From contig PS015205.1 of NCBI GenBank assembly GCA_048213135.1, forward strand, positions 67,878-87,877: DNA of 20,000 bases. The letters run 5' to 3'. Every line of letters begins with the position of its first letter. The first letter of the stretch is position 1. Positions 1-11,600 of the stretch are shown in pieces. The position numbers and the translations under genes were made by a program. The stretch is from Reclinomonas americana ATCC 50394. Its lineage: Eukaryota. A model generated the notes under the pieces. It made no database searches and was not told the origin of the DNA. It worked only from the letters and a program-made list of their open reading frames with translations.

Positions 1-3000
1 CGCCTCGGTCTCCTTCTGGCGCGCGTACGCCCCCATGAACTACGCCATGCACCTGCTGGTTGTCGTCGTGTACGCAAGTGGCGGCGGGACAAAGTTACAC
101 TCGTCCGCTCGGTTGTCTGCGTCCTCCTCTCCATCACTCATCCGCAGTGCGCTTACAGAGGAAGCCTGTGGATGGGCATGACGGTGTTCTTGTTGTGGCT
201 CGTGGTGAGTGGCCTTGTTCCTGTCTCTCAGCCCCCTCTGGAGGCTTATCAATGCTTGCCTGCAGAAATCCTCCCATCAATACTGGTCAGTGGACAAGAA
301 CTGCGCGCTGTACTCAGCTGGCCTGGCTCTGCAAACATTGCACTTTGTCGTTGCGTGAAATACAGAGGAGATGAAGCACTTGTGGTACCCATGCTTAGAG
401 AGAGACAGAGAGTATGGGGTGTGTGCTGCATAGTAAGTAGCGCTCTGTCGGGTGCATGTTCGTCCAAGCTCACATACACAAACACACACACACACAGGGA
501 GAGAGAGCGAGAGTATGGGTTGTATGTAGCACAATGTCGGGTGCATGTCGAATACGCAGTGCACTCAATGTTCGCTCCTTCTTCCTGCATGTTATTTCCC
601 CCACGCTGTTCCCCTTTCTCTCTCTCACCATTCCCTCCCTCTCCTTTCCCTCCCTCTCCTTTCCCTCCCTCTCTTCATTCCCTCCCTCTCTCCATTCCCT
701 CCCTCTCCTTTCCCTCCCTCTCCTTTCCCTCTCTCCCTTGCTCTCTTCCCCCCATCCTCTCCCCCCATCCTTTCCCCCCATCCTCTCCCCCCTTCCCCTT
801 TCCTCCATCCTTTCCCCCTTCACTCTTCCCCCTTCACTCTTCCCTCTTTGCTCTCCCCCATTCCGTCTTCCCCCCATCCTCTCCCCCCATCCTCTCCCCC
901 CTCCCCTTCCCCCCTTCCCCTTCTCCTCATCTCACCCTTCCCCTTCCCTTGCATAGACCCCAGTGTGGCTGCTCAGCCCCCTCATGCCCGCTCTGGGCTT
1001 CGGTTGCATCCTGACGGGCCTGGCGGAGACCATGTGGACCAAGTACCAACACAACTTGCGGGTACGTTTCCACGCACCCCCTGTCCCCAGCTGTGTGCCA
1101 TGACTCATCTCATCTTGCCTGCAGGTGTTCTTGTACTTCATGCAACTCTCCACCACCATCACTGTCTTTGTGCCGCTACATCTGCTGTTCGTGATGCCCG
1201 ACGCGCCAGTCTCTCTCTTCCTGTACGGCGTGGCCAAGATCTGCTTGGCAATCATGACGGCGATTCACACGATGACAAGAGCCGGCGCGTTTGCGGGGCC
1301 GATCAAAAGGTGTGTGTGGGGTGCGCCCTTCTGCATGCGTGAGCATTTCCTGTCCCTCCTATTCGCCTGTGCCTTCGTTGCCGATGCCTAACTCTTGTAC
1401 CTTCTAGCATTCCCCGCGCACTGTGGCCGTTCCCGTTCCTCCTCGCTGCACTTGTGGGACCACTGCTCGACAAATCATTGAGTTGTGTGCCGGCTGTCGC
1501 ACTTGCTCCTCATCTCCTCTCCCCCGCCTCATTTCTTCTCGTGCAGCACACACGACCTATGTGATTGGCTACATTTCATGGGCTCTTTTCGCCGTCCTAC
1601 TCGGCTGCGTAGCATGTCTTATTGCCGCCAAGATCTGTGAGCGACCCATGGTGCATCGCCTGCTGCCAATGAACCCGATGATGGTGCGTACGCTCTCCTC
1701 CTGCGCGCCTTTTCAGTATTGCTCTCTCGCGCGCTCTCTCGTTTGGTTCTCTGCCTTACATGTCATTCTTCATGTTCCTCTCGCTGTACCTCTCCCTTAC
1801 TTTCTCTATTTCTCTGCCGTTTTCTATCTAACATGCACACGAACGTGTCTTTTCTCTCTCTTTCGTAGTGTTCCACTCGCTGTGTCGAGTCGCTTTCTGC
1901 ATTTCTCTTTTTGTATCTGTGTTCATGTCACTATTCCTGTAGATGGTGTTGCGTTGGTTCCTCTCTCCCATTCCTCTCTGCCCGGCTCACTTCTTTCATT
2001 CTTGCCGTATGTCACTCGAAGTCTCTCCTTCTCTCACACGCACTTCTCTTACCGCTCTCTATAATCTCTTCTCTCAAACTCTGTCTCTTGCGCCCACTTT
2101 CTCCGTGCCGCTCACCGCTTCTCTTCTGTCTGTCCTTCCTCAGTTTCCATTCGCGTTATTGTTCTCATCATGTCGCAATTGAAAGGTTGCCTTGGCTCTG
2201 ATTCTCTCCACCCGCCTTTTGTCTCTCCCTCTCCCTCTCCCTTCCTCTCCCCCCTCCGCCCTCCCTCCGCCCTCTCCTCCCCCTTCTCCCTCCGCCCTCC
2301 CCTCACCCCCGTCTTCTCCTTCCCACTCACTTCCCCTCGCGCAAGCAGGGCCCCGCCGAGGCCTTCTTCCAGCCCCTGCTGCTGGCCTCGTACATTCTCC
2401 TCGTCGCCGTCGTCGGCATCTACTACCTGGCGCCGGAGACCGCCTATGCAGGACCACTGAACGCCACCCTCCCCTCGCTGACGGCGGCCGCCACCGAGGC
2501 GCTCTCCTCCGACGCGCTGGTGGCCGTTCCTCCATCACTGCTCGGACGACTGTACGACGCCTCCACATACGTGTGGTCACCGTCGCAGTGGCTGTGGCTG
2601 TTCAGCATCCCGACGACGCTGGTGGAGCACGCGCACATCAAGACCTCGGTGACGTGGTCGGCGTTTGTCCTGGCGATTCTGCTGGCGGTGCCGTACCTCA
2701 GTGCGGAGACATTTGAGAGGGCGTCGCCCGGCATTCCGCCGCATCGCTTGATCATGCACGTGCTGATTGCCATTTTCGTGTTCACCATTTGCTTCCGCGA
2801 GGCCGTCCTGCCGTGGCAGGCACTGGCCCTGCTAATGGCGGTTGCCTGGTATCGTTGCGTTTTTGGTGTCGGTGTCATTGCCTTGATTGGGAGTTGACAT
2901 GCGTGTGACAGCCAAATTTGTGGAGCGGTATGCGCGCACAAAGTCATACACGTCGCAGCTGTTCTCCTATGGTCGCCTGTGGCTCGCCGCTCACGTATCG

Positions 3001-6000
3001 CTGGCCTTGCTTGTTGGCGGCCTGTGGCCCGAGTCCGCGTACTGGGCTCCTCTGTCGGACCTGGTGCCGCCCAGCGTGACGAGCTTGAGTTGCGTTGTCA
3101 CTGCAGTGCCTGTCTGCCTGTCTTGTTGTCTTTCCCAGTATCGCTGCTTCCGTGTCTGTGGTTCCACTTCCGTCTGTCTCCTTCTCCTTTACCGCGCAAT
3201 CATTGTCATACCTGTAGTGCTCTTTCTCGCTTTCGTTGTGTCTCGCGCCACGCCCTCTTTCTCTCTGTCTGCATGTTGTGCTCTCTCCCTCGCTTTCTCT
3301 GCTTGCGAACATTCCGCCCCATTTTTCCGTCAGCCTGTCACACCGCTCCTATTCCTCACTCTCTTTTCACGCACTGTTTGTTATGTGTCTTCCTGTTGCG
3401 TTCATTCTCGTTTTCAGTTGTGTATTGCAATCTCTTTACCTCCATTTCTAGTTCACTTTCTCACTCTCCTTCTCTCTTCCTTCGAGCCTGCCGTTCCATT
3501 TCCGTTGTACTCTCTCGTCCTCTCATTTCTCCTTCTCTATAACTTTCATGCACTCAAAATTGCCATTCTCGCTTAAGTTGTGTCTCGCGCCCTTGCTTTC
3601 TGCATTAACGCACTCTCGGTGTCATTCCATATTCGATCAGTTTTTGTCTGCGTCTCGCTCGGAATCACTCCCTTTAGTGTCTCGCAGATCGCTGTCAGTT
3701 ACTCTCTCCCTCTCATCCAGCCCTCTCCCTTTCCCCCAGCCTATCTTCGGTTCCCTTTTCCCCTCTCCCGCGTTGCCCTTCCTCGTTCCCTCTTCCCATT
3801 CCTTCTTTCCCATTCTTTTTTCCATTGTCCCCTTTTACCCTTCCCCTTTTACCCTTCCCCCTTTCCCCATCGCCTTTCCCCTTCCCCCTTCCCTTCCCCT
3901 TTCCTCCCTTTCCCTCGTCCCTCGTCCCCTTTCCATTCTCCCCCCTTCCCCTTACCTTTCCCTTCTCCTCCTCCTCGTTCTCCTGCACAGCTTGTGCGTT
4001 CACCGGCTGCCTCGCACCCCACACCGCCCGCGCTCTCCTCTGCATCCTCCGCGACCTGTTCTACGGCCCGGCGGCTGCATTCCTGCTCACCTCCGCCGTG
4101 TCGTGGATCATGCGACCGGTGCGCTGGAATCCATTCTTCGTGTCCGCCACGGTCGGTTCGTTCGGCATGCTGCGTGCACTGTGGCGCCAGTTGCGCACGC
4201 AGTACAAGAAGGTCAGTTGTAGAGCGAAGGCTGGGGTGGACGTTGCGCACGCTGAGAGATTATGCAGGCGGGCAACGACGACGACGGCGACGCGGTAGCA
4301 AAGAGGGAGGCGGATCCGAACGATGCGCAGCGCCAGGAGGGCGTAGTGGATGTCGTGGATGTGGCAGCGGCGGCGGCGGTGGCGGCTGCCGTGGTGCCTC
4401 CGCGAAATGGAGTCCCTGAACCCGGCGCGATGCCTGACGGATACGATCCCTTGGTGGAGGTCACCGATACCCTGGTACGCTGTGCTTTGCATGTCTCGTC
4501 AGCTGGTCATGCCTCATTTGGTGCTTGCGCAGCGACCCAAGTGCTTCCCGGCCTCGATTCAACCCACCAAGGAGCTGCGTCGTATGATGAAAGGTTGGGA
4601 GATTTCTCCGTCCTCGTCTATTTCTTATTGGGAGACAAACCTCACATGGCTCTGCAGTCAATCGCTGGTGGCTGGCGGTCATGCGCTTCTTGCATCCGGT
4701 TGAAGATCAGCCTCTTGTGTGTTGGCGGGTGCGTCGATTCGTTCATTTGTTTTCGCGTCCCTTTACTGATCGTCGCACATTGTGCAGTCGTGTCTGCTGT
4801 ACTTCACCTGCGTTGTGGCGTATCTTGTCCTCCTCGGCACCCACAGCATGCAGTCACTGCACTTGGCGGCATTCGGCGTATTTGTCTTTCTCACCTTTTG
4901 CGATCTCACGCATTTCCTCATGGTCGGCACCTATATCCTGGACGGTTCGTCTTATACGCGCGAATTCCATCGTCAAGCGACTCATTCTGCTCCCAACAGC
5001 CAATCGTCGCCGAGTGATGCTTCCGTTCTTTGTCATCTACGGTGTTGTGTTGGTGGTGCTCGACGTGGTGCCCATGTTCTTGGTGTGGAGTGGCGTCGCC
5101 GAGGCCACGATCGAAGTTCGATTCACCATGCAGGTGATTGAGGAGAAAGAGAGTCCGTTCCCTACTTGGTGGCGATGTTTTAAAAAACTTGATTGCTCGC
5201 AGTGCATGGAGCTTCTGACGATATTCGTGACGGTGCTGCTTGTGTGCATGCCCGAATACTATTGCGGGGAAATCTTTGTTGCGTCGTCGTTTCTCTCTGT
5301 GCATTGGGAGCGCGTGCGTGTGCTCACGTTCCGCCCCTGCAGTCTGCACGCATCGCTGGTGTCGTGCTGCTGCTCGTGCGCCTGGTCATGCAGCTGTCGA
5401 TGCCCACGTGGCTTGTGTTGGGCTCGTACCCGACGCAGGCGCTGGCTATCGCGTTTTTGGTGTGGGCGTGTTTTATTATGGCGGGGGCGATACATTCGAA
5501 GTGCGTGGGGAAAGGGGAAGGGAGTAGGGAGGGAGGAAAGTGGGGGAGGTAGGGGGAAGGGAGGGAGGGAGGGGGAAGGGAGGAAAAGGAAAGAAAGGGG
5601 AGATATGCAGGGAGATGAAGCGAATGGAGAAATGGTCTGTGGGAGCCTTGTGGGAGATATGTGCTTCCGGAGATGAGAGAGTGTCGTGCAAACGTGAAGT
5701 GAGAGAGAGACGAGAGTCACGATAGTTGAGAGACGGAGTCGTGTGGATGATTGAGACGGAGAATGTGTTCTGGAAAATGCAATCCTTGCCATCATTTGAG
5801 GCAGAGGAGAGAGAGAGAGAGATAATTAGAGATAGAGAGACAGAGAGACAAAGAGAATGTATGCATCAGTATCAGAGAGCGCGTGTGCAAAGAACTCTAC
5901 AAACAGGCCACTTTCAGTTCTCTCAGTCGCTCCCCTTTCTGCATGTGTGTTCAATGAGAGCCACGGACAGACAGAAGGAGAGCACGCAATCTCTGCTGTT

Positions 6001-8655
6001 CTCTCTCTCTCTCTGGCATCTTCTTTATTTGCTGTTTTTCTTTTTCTTCCCTCTCACACTCCGTCTCCCTCTCTTGTATTGTAGTTTCCAAGACATTGTC
6101 TCTTCCCTGAGTCGACTTTGTGTCGCCTTCGTTCTCGTGCTGCTTTGATTCTTTTTATCTCTCAGCTGTTCTCTCTCTTGCATCTTCTTAATTTGCTGGT
6201 TTCCCTTTTCTTCCTCTCACACTCTGTCTCCCTCTCTTGCATTGTATTCCTCAAGGACCTTGTCTCTTGCCGTCTCCCTTGGTTCGGTGTTGTATTCATC
6301 CTTTCTATATCTCTGCTGTTCCCTCTCTTGTATCTTCTTAATTTGCTGGTTTCCCTTTTCTTCCTCTCACACTCTGTCTCCCTCTCTTGCATTGTATTCC
6401 TCAAGGACCTTGTCTCTTCCCTGAGTCTGTGTTGCTGTTCTCTCGCTCTCTCACTTGCATCTCTCGTTCTTCTTTATGAACTGTTATCTCTCACACTCCG
6501 TCTTCCTCTTTTGTATTGTATTCTCCAAGACGCTGTCTCTGCTCTGTGTCTGCGTGTGTCCCCTTCGTTCTTGTGCCGTATTCTTTCAATATCTCTACTT
6601 TTCTCGCTCATGCTTCTCTCTTTCTTTCCTCCCAGAGAGAGAATTGGGAGAAGGTCCTTCTCGTATCTCAATACTCACTGATGTGCCTTGGTGCAGCGAT
6701 GCAAACCTTGGCCGCATGGACCCTCAGTTGCTCCTCTACGCTTTCATTGGCCTCCTAGGCACCCTCGTCGTGGTATTCACGCATGGTATGTGCGCGGTCG
6801 TTTGTGACCTTTTCCGCGTCTCCCGCTCACCAGCCTTGCCTTGTCAGTGGTGCAAGCCGAATTTATGGTGCTTGCGGCCTCGCTCGCGACGTATTTCTTG
6901 TCGTTCTGCTTGGCCGATGGCATCGGACACATGTCGCAGCCGACGAGGCGTATTGCGGCCGGCGGTGAAATTTTGATGATTGGCGTGTTGATTGGCAGGT
7001 GCGTGAGAGGGAGGGAGAGAGAGAAAAGGAGAGGGAGAGAGAGAGAGAAGGAGAGAGAGAGAGAGAAGGGAGAGTGAAAGAGAGAGAAGGGAGGGAGAGA
7101 GTGAGAGAGAAAAGAGAGAAGGGCGAGAGAGAAGGGCGAGAGAGAGGGGTGAGATGGAGAGAGAAAATGGAGACCAAGTATGAGAGAAATAGACTTGCAA
7201 TGAGAGAAAGAGAGTGAGAGCGAGAGGGAGAGATAAAAGGATTTGAAGAGAGGAGGGAAAGCGAAGGGAGAGGGGGAGAGGGAGAGCAAAGGGGGAGGGA
7301 GAGTGAGAAGGGAGAGGAAGAGAATTGGGAGAGAGTGGGGATAAGGGTGATGGAGAGAAAATTGAGACGAAGGAAGAGAGAAATATGCTTGTAACAGGAA
7401 GCGAGAGAGAGAGAGAGACTAAAAGAAATATAAGTAGAATGGAAGAGAAAGGGGAGAGGGCAGACGTGAAGGGAGAAAGCAGGGTGAGAGACAGAGAGAG
7501 AAAAAGGAGAGAGATGGAGAGAGAGACAGGGAGAGGCCAGGTAAGAGAGAAAACTTGCACAGAGAAGAAGAAGGAGGAGGAGAAGAAGAAGAAGAAGAAG
7601 AAGAAGAAGAAGAAGAAGAAGAGAGAGAGGGAGAGAGAAAATGAGTGAGTGACAAGAGAGAGAAGTAGAGAGACAAGTGGAGTGGCAGAGAGACGAACAG
7701 AAAGACAAGACGAAACAAATTAGAGCTAACGAGAGCACCGCTCATCTTCTACCCCCCTTCTTATTCTACCTCCTCCTTCACTTCCCCCTTCCTTCTCACT
7801 CCCTTTTCCTTTCCTTCTCTCTTCAATCTCCATCCCTTCTCCCTTCCTCTTCACGTCCTTCTCCCTCTCTTTCCCCCCTTCTCTCTCTCACTTCTCTCTC
7901 CCTTCTCCCTTCCTTCTCTCTCCCTTCTCCCTTCCTCCTCACTCCCTCCTCCCTCTCTTCTCCCTTCCTCCTCACTCCCTTTTCCTTTCCTTCCCCTTCA
8001 ATCTCCATCCCTTCTCCCTCTTCACGTCCTTCTCCCTTCCTTCTCCCTCCCATCTCCCTCTCAACTCTCAACCTCCTCTCTCTCTTCTCCCTTCTCCCCC
8101 CTTCTCCCCTTCTCCCCCCCCCCCTTCTCCCTTCCTCCTCACTCCCTCCCCCCTCCCTGCAGCCTTCACTTCCTCCTTGCCGTGCCGGTCATGGTCACTT
8201 GGCTGATCTTCAAAGACATACGATTCCCGCTCATCAAGCCACTGTCGACGGTGGCCACGATGGTGGCAGGCGTGTGGTGCTGTGAGTGGTTCGGGGGCGC
8301 CGACTCGAGATTCGGGTGGTTCACGTTCCGAGAGTGGAACAATCTGTACAACTTTCAGGGGTTGGAAGTTGTGTACCGCCTGATAGGCTTTGTTCTCTTG
8401 GTGCTGGCCATTGTGTGCTGGTACGTCACGAGCCTCGCTTGCGATGTGTGGCGGTGCGTTCTCTGCTCATTTTTTGTGCGTGCAACTACCAGTATCGGCT
8501 GCGCGCTCTATATGCTCAGACGAGTGGAGAAATGGGCGCTGAATCGACCAGTGGCGCATCGCGTGTTCGTGCGAGTGGGCAATCTTTTGCGGTGGCTGGC
8601 GATTGGTGTTCCGCTGGTTGTGATTCCAGCGGGTGCGTGGTGGTGGAATAGGTGA
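1..8655 (+). CDS. Large multi-pass membrane protein of unknown family, 5'-truncated, ~20 exons, >=1019 aa
   Basis: Inferred exons: <1-73, 148-204, 957-1061, 1125-1309, 1408-1484, 1547-1683, 2349-2853, 2912-3088, 3991-4211, 4268-4474, 4533-4593, 4658-4728, 4788-4944, 5000-5133, 5203-5277, 5343-5500, 6697-6785, 6848-6998, 8163-8420, 8493-8655 (TGA). Intron phases match throughout; from base 2 the joined length is 3060 nt. Introns are GT-AG except a probable GC-AG first intron. The product is mostly hydrophobic segments (e.g. SYILLVAVVGIYYL, YISWALFAVLLGCVACLIAA, LLLYAFIGLLGTLVVVF) with one acidic/Ala-rich loop (4268-4593). A few boundaries are ambiguous. Confidence 0.8.
600..950 (+). repeat. 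Extended C/T low-complexity tract at intron 3' end (similar tracts at ~2200-2340, 3700-3985, 7740-8160)
   Basis: Repeats of TTCCCTCCCTCTCCT and CCCCCATCCTCTC run up to the acceptor at 955-956. Confidence 0.9.
5990..6600. repeat. Intronic minisatellite, ~150-bp unit, ~4 degenerate copies
   Basis: 6160-6268 and 6310-6418 are nearly identical (…cttcttaatttgctggtttcccttttcttcctctcacactctgtctccctctcttgcattgtattcctcaaggaccttgtctctt). Flanking copies share ctctcacactccgtct…ttgtattgta…ccaagac. Confidence 0.85.
7563..7621 (+). repeat. (GAA)n/(GAG)n microsatellite within a purine-rich intronic tract
   Basis: About 13 uninterrupted GAA units, preceded by GAA/GAG units, inside intron 6999-8162. Confidence 0.95.
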
Positions 8656-8696
8656 AGGGGAATGAAGAGTGTGACAAAGAGCAGGTTCACTTCCAT

Positions 8697-11600
8697 TCAC
8701 ATCATCGCTCCGGCCTCGCTTGCACGAAGCCGACACTCCCCCAACCACTTTGTAGCATCTGCCGTATCGAGATGCTCTCCCCCAAGAACCATTCGTCGAC
8801 CCTCCACACATTCAACCAGTAGCTCCTCTGCCTCGGCCCATAGCTGCTGCTTCATGCGCAGCATGCCGTAGCTGAACAGCGTTTGCAATGTTCTTTCATG
8901 CATGTCACCCAGCACCTCACGTCGCCCCTTCGAGCACTGACGGTACAAGTCAGCAGCTTCCACCAGTGCTTCTTGCAGGCCTTCTCTATACCGCGCACCA
9001 GCAAGATTGTTCATCGAAGTGAGGGTGGCTGGATGCCTATCGCCGAGAGCCGTTCGCCTCAACTGCAAACAGTCACGTTCAAGATGAACTCTCTCTCTCA
9101 GACGACAAACATCTTGGATGCACAAGGCAACGTTGCTCATGGATGCCAATGTTTCTATATGCTCAGCTCCAAGAACCAGTCTTCGCAGCTCCCAGCACTG
9201 CTGCCAGAGTTTCTCAGCATCAGCGTATTGCGGCTGATCGTAGTAATGCCTGCCCTGCCAATGCAGCGTCATAAGGGAGTCCGGATGATATTCACCCAGT
9301 GTCGCACACTGTCGCTCATGACACTGCACCAGCATTTGCAAGTTGTTTGTAAAGTAAGCAAACCACATCGAGCAGCGAAAGGCATCCAACCAATCCAGCA
9401 CAGTCATCTCCCCATTGGCATCACTCTCCCACGCCTCGTACAAACGCCACACTTGTTGGAACGCTGTGGTGCGTTCATCCCGCAGGCGAACCATTTTGAA
9501 CAACCATGCACGACACTTTGCAACAACAACAGCAAACCGTCGTCGCATTGCACTCAGTTCAACATCACCGTCTCCACGTCGTCCGCACTCTGTCACACGT
9601 CGCTCAATTGACGAGGCAACTGCTGTGATGAACCCCACTGAAGGCACTCTTTCTCTGAAACATTGCTCACCAATCCACCCCACCGCCACACACTGCACCA
9701 ACAGCCCATTCACACCAACAACATCCTCGGCCCACATGCCATCATCTTCGCAAAACCGCCGCCACGCTGCGTGCAGTACATCAAGCAAGTCCCGTGACAC
9801 CAACAGCACGCCGTCACTGTCATTCTGTGAATCAATGCCATTCAGCACAGAGCACACCAGTCGCACAATCAGTCGCTGCGCCCGCGACACTGCATTTCCA
9901 TACCGTCCCACAATCCACCCAGCAATCTCATCGTGCACTCGATACTCTACCACCACACCACCACCACTCTCCCTCACTTGCTCACCACACAACAAATGAG
10001 CCACACTGTCGACGCTGCCACTGACACCCACTGTCACCAGATTCGACAAGCACAGACCCTCCAGCACATCCTCCACTCCTTCGCCACCACCACCTCCCAC
10101 CAACTCATCTCGCCGTTCACGCATTCTTCGCTCCTCCTCCTCTGTACTCATCTCGTCAAACTGCAGTCGCTCGCCCACCACCTCGGGTGCACGCCGTCGC
10201 CTCTCCTTCGCCAATTCATGCAGTCGTAGTCGACGCACACACTGACCCAACTCCACCAATCGGCCAGCTGCCTCCTCATCTTCATCCACTGCAGTCTGCT
10301 CACCATCACCGACCACAGCCATCTTCATGTCGGGAATCACACGCAGCACACCCAGCGCCACTCGTGCAAGTGCCACTGTCACCGGCAAGCCGAGTTCCTT
10401 GCATGCCGTGATCAGCACCAACAGACCACGTGCTGCTGCAGTCTGCGACATCACATTGCGTTCCAGCAGCTGTGACAGTGCATCGCCACCAATACCACTC
10501 AGCACCTCTTCCATTCGTGCTCCAACCAGCTGTGCCGGCGATCGTGACAACAACCAGCTGCATGCCAGAAGGGAGAGGAGTAGTGAGTCTTCTCATCCAC
10601 ACCACACACGCACTCATGCTCACTCACCCAACACAAGCACTCACTCGCAGTGCACTCTTCTCCTGCTGTCCACCCTCCAGCGCCTCCACAATTCGTCGTC
10701 GCACATCCACCGGCACCTTGTGGAGCAGTCGCTCCTCCACCAGCTGCACAATGTCCTCGTTCTCCACATTCTCCACTCGCACACATTCCACCTCCGCCTC
10801 GTGCATCATCGAGTCACGAATCTCATCAGCCGCTTGTTCATATCGACTCGTCACCACGACGACCGGTGCCACCATTCCACCTGCACACAGCCAGACACAT
10901 GATGCACATCATGTCAGAACCAAACAACCATCGCAAAATGAGAATTCTCTCTCATGAGTACACGCACCCTCATTAGCACATTGAATAACATTCCTCACTT
11001 GCTCCACCGATCCCGCATTGTCCAGCACCATCACTCCACTCGATGCATGCATCATCTGTCGCAGCAGACGACGTGCTGGTTCCACCTCGCCACTGGCCAG
11101 CAGCGCATCCACCTGGCTGGCCATTCTTCGTCCCTCCGCTTCGTCCACTCGCATCTGTGCTGTCACAAAGGCACGCAGACAACTGCCCAGAGCACTCTCC
11201 GCCTGCAGCACGTGGCAAGGCGAGAGACTGAGTCAGAATACAACCAAAGAGGTGACGCAGCATGAAAAGACATAATGCATGTTCCTCAGCACACACCTTC
11301 ACATGCTCCCTCGCATCACCCACATGACCGCGCATCTCCACCGACACGGCCGATCCCTTCCATCGACGAGTCGCCAGCAACTCGGTCACCAGCAGCTCGG
11401 CCAGGAACGACTTGCCAGTGCCACCATCGCCCGTCAGCACCACCATGATTGGTTGATGGGCTGCGCAAGAATCATAAGCCACAAGACAACATGATGAGAC
11501 ACAAGAATGTGTGGAGAAGGAAGGAAGGGAGAAAGAGAAGGAATACTCAACCATCCACAGCATCCACAATGCGCGTGGCAAGTAAGGCAGCCAGTGCACG

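Noticed and set aside
456-1342. Long Pro/Ser/Leu/Phe-rich and Arg/Glu/Gly-rich ORFs (also 3548-4419, 6777-7745, 7677-8285)
   Set aside because: These are translations of intronic C/T or G/A low-complexity tracts, which naturally lack stop codons.
2590-2700. Weak resemblance of LFSIPTTLVEHAHIKTSV to a Doa10/MARCH6/SUD1 membrane segment
   Set aside because: The match is short and by eye only. No RING-CH domain is in the window and the TM count seems too high. It needs an HMM search.
5990-6600. CRISPR-like array
   Set aside because: Long degenerate tandem units with no unique spacers, inside a eukaryotic intron.
8697-9320. Annotation as kinesin light chain or nephrocystin-3
   Set aside because: Only the generic 42-aa TPR type is shared. 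The repeat number and upstream domains do not support orthology.
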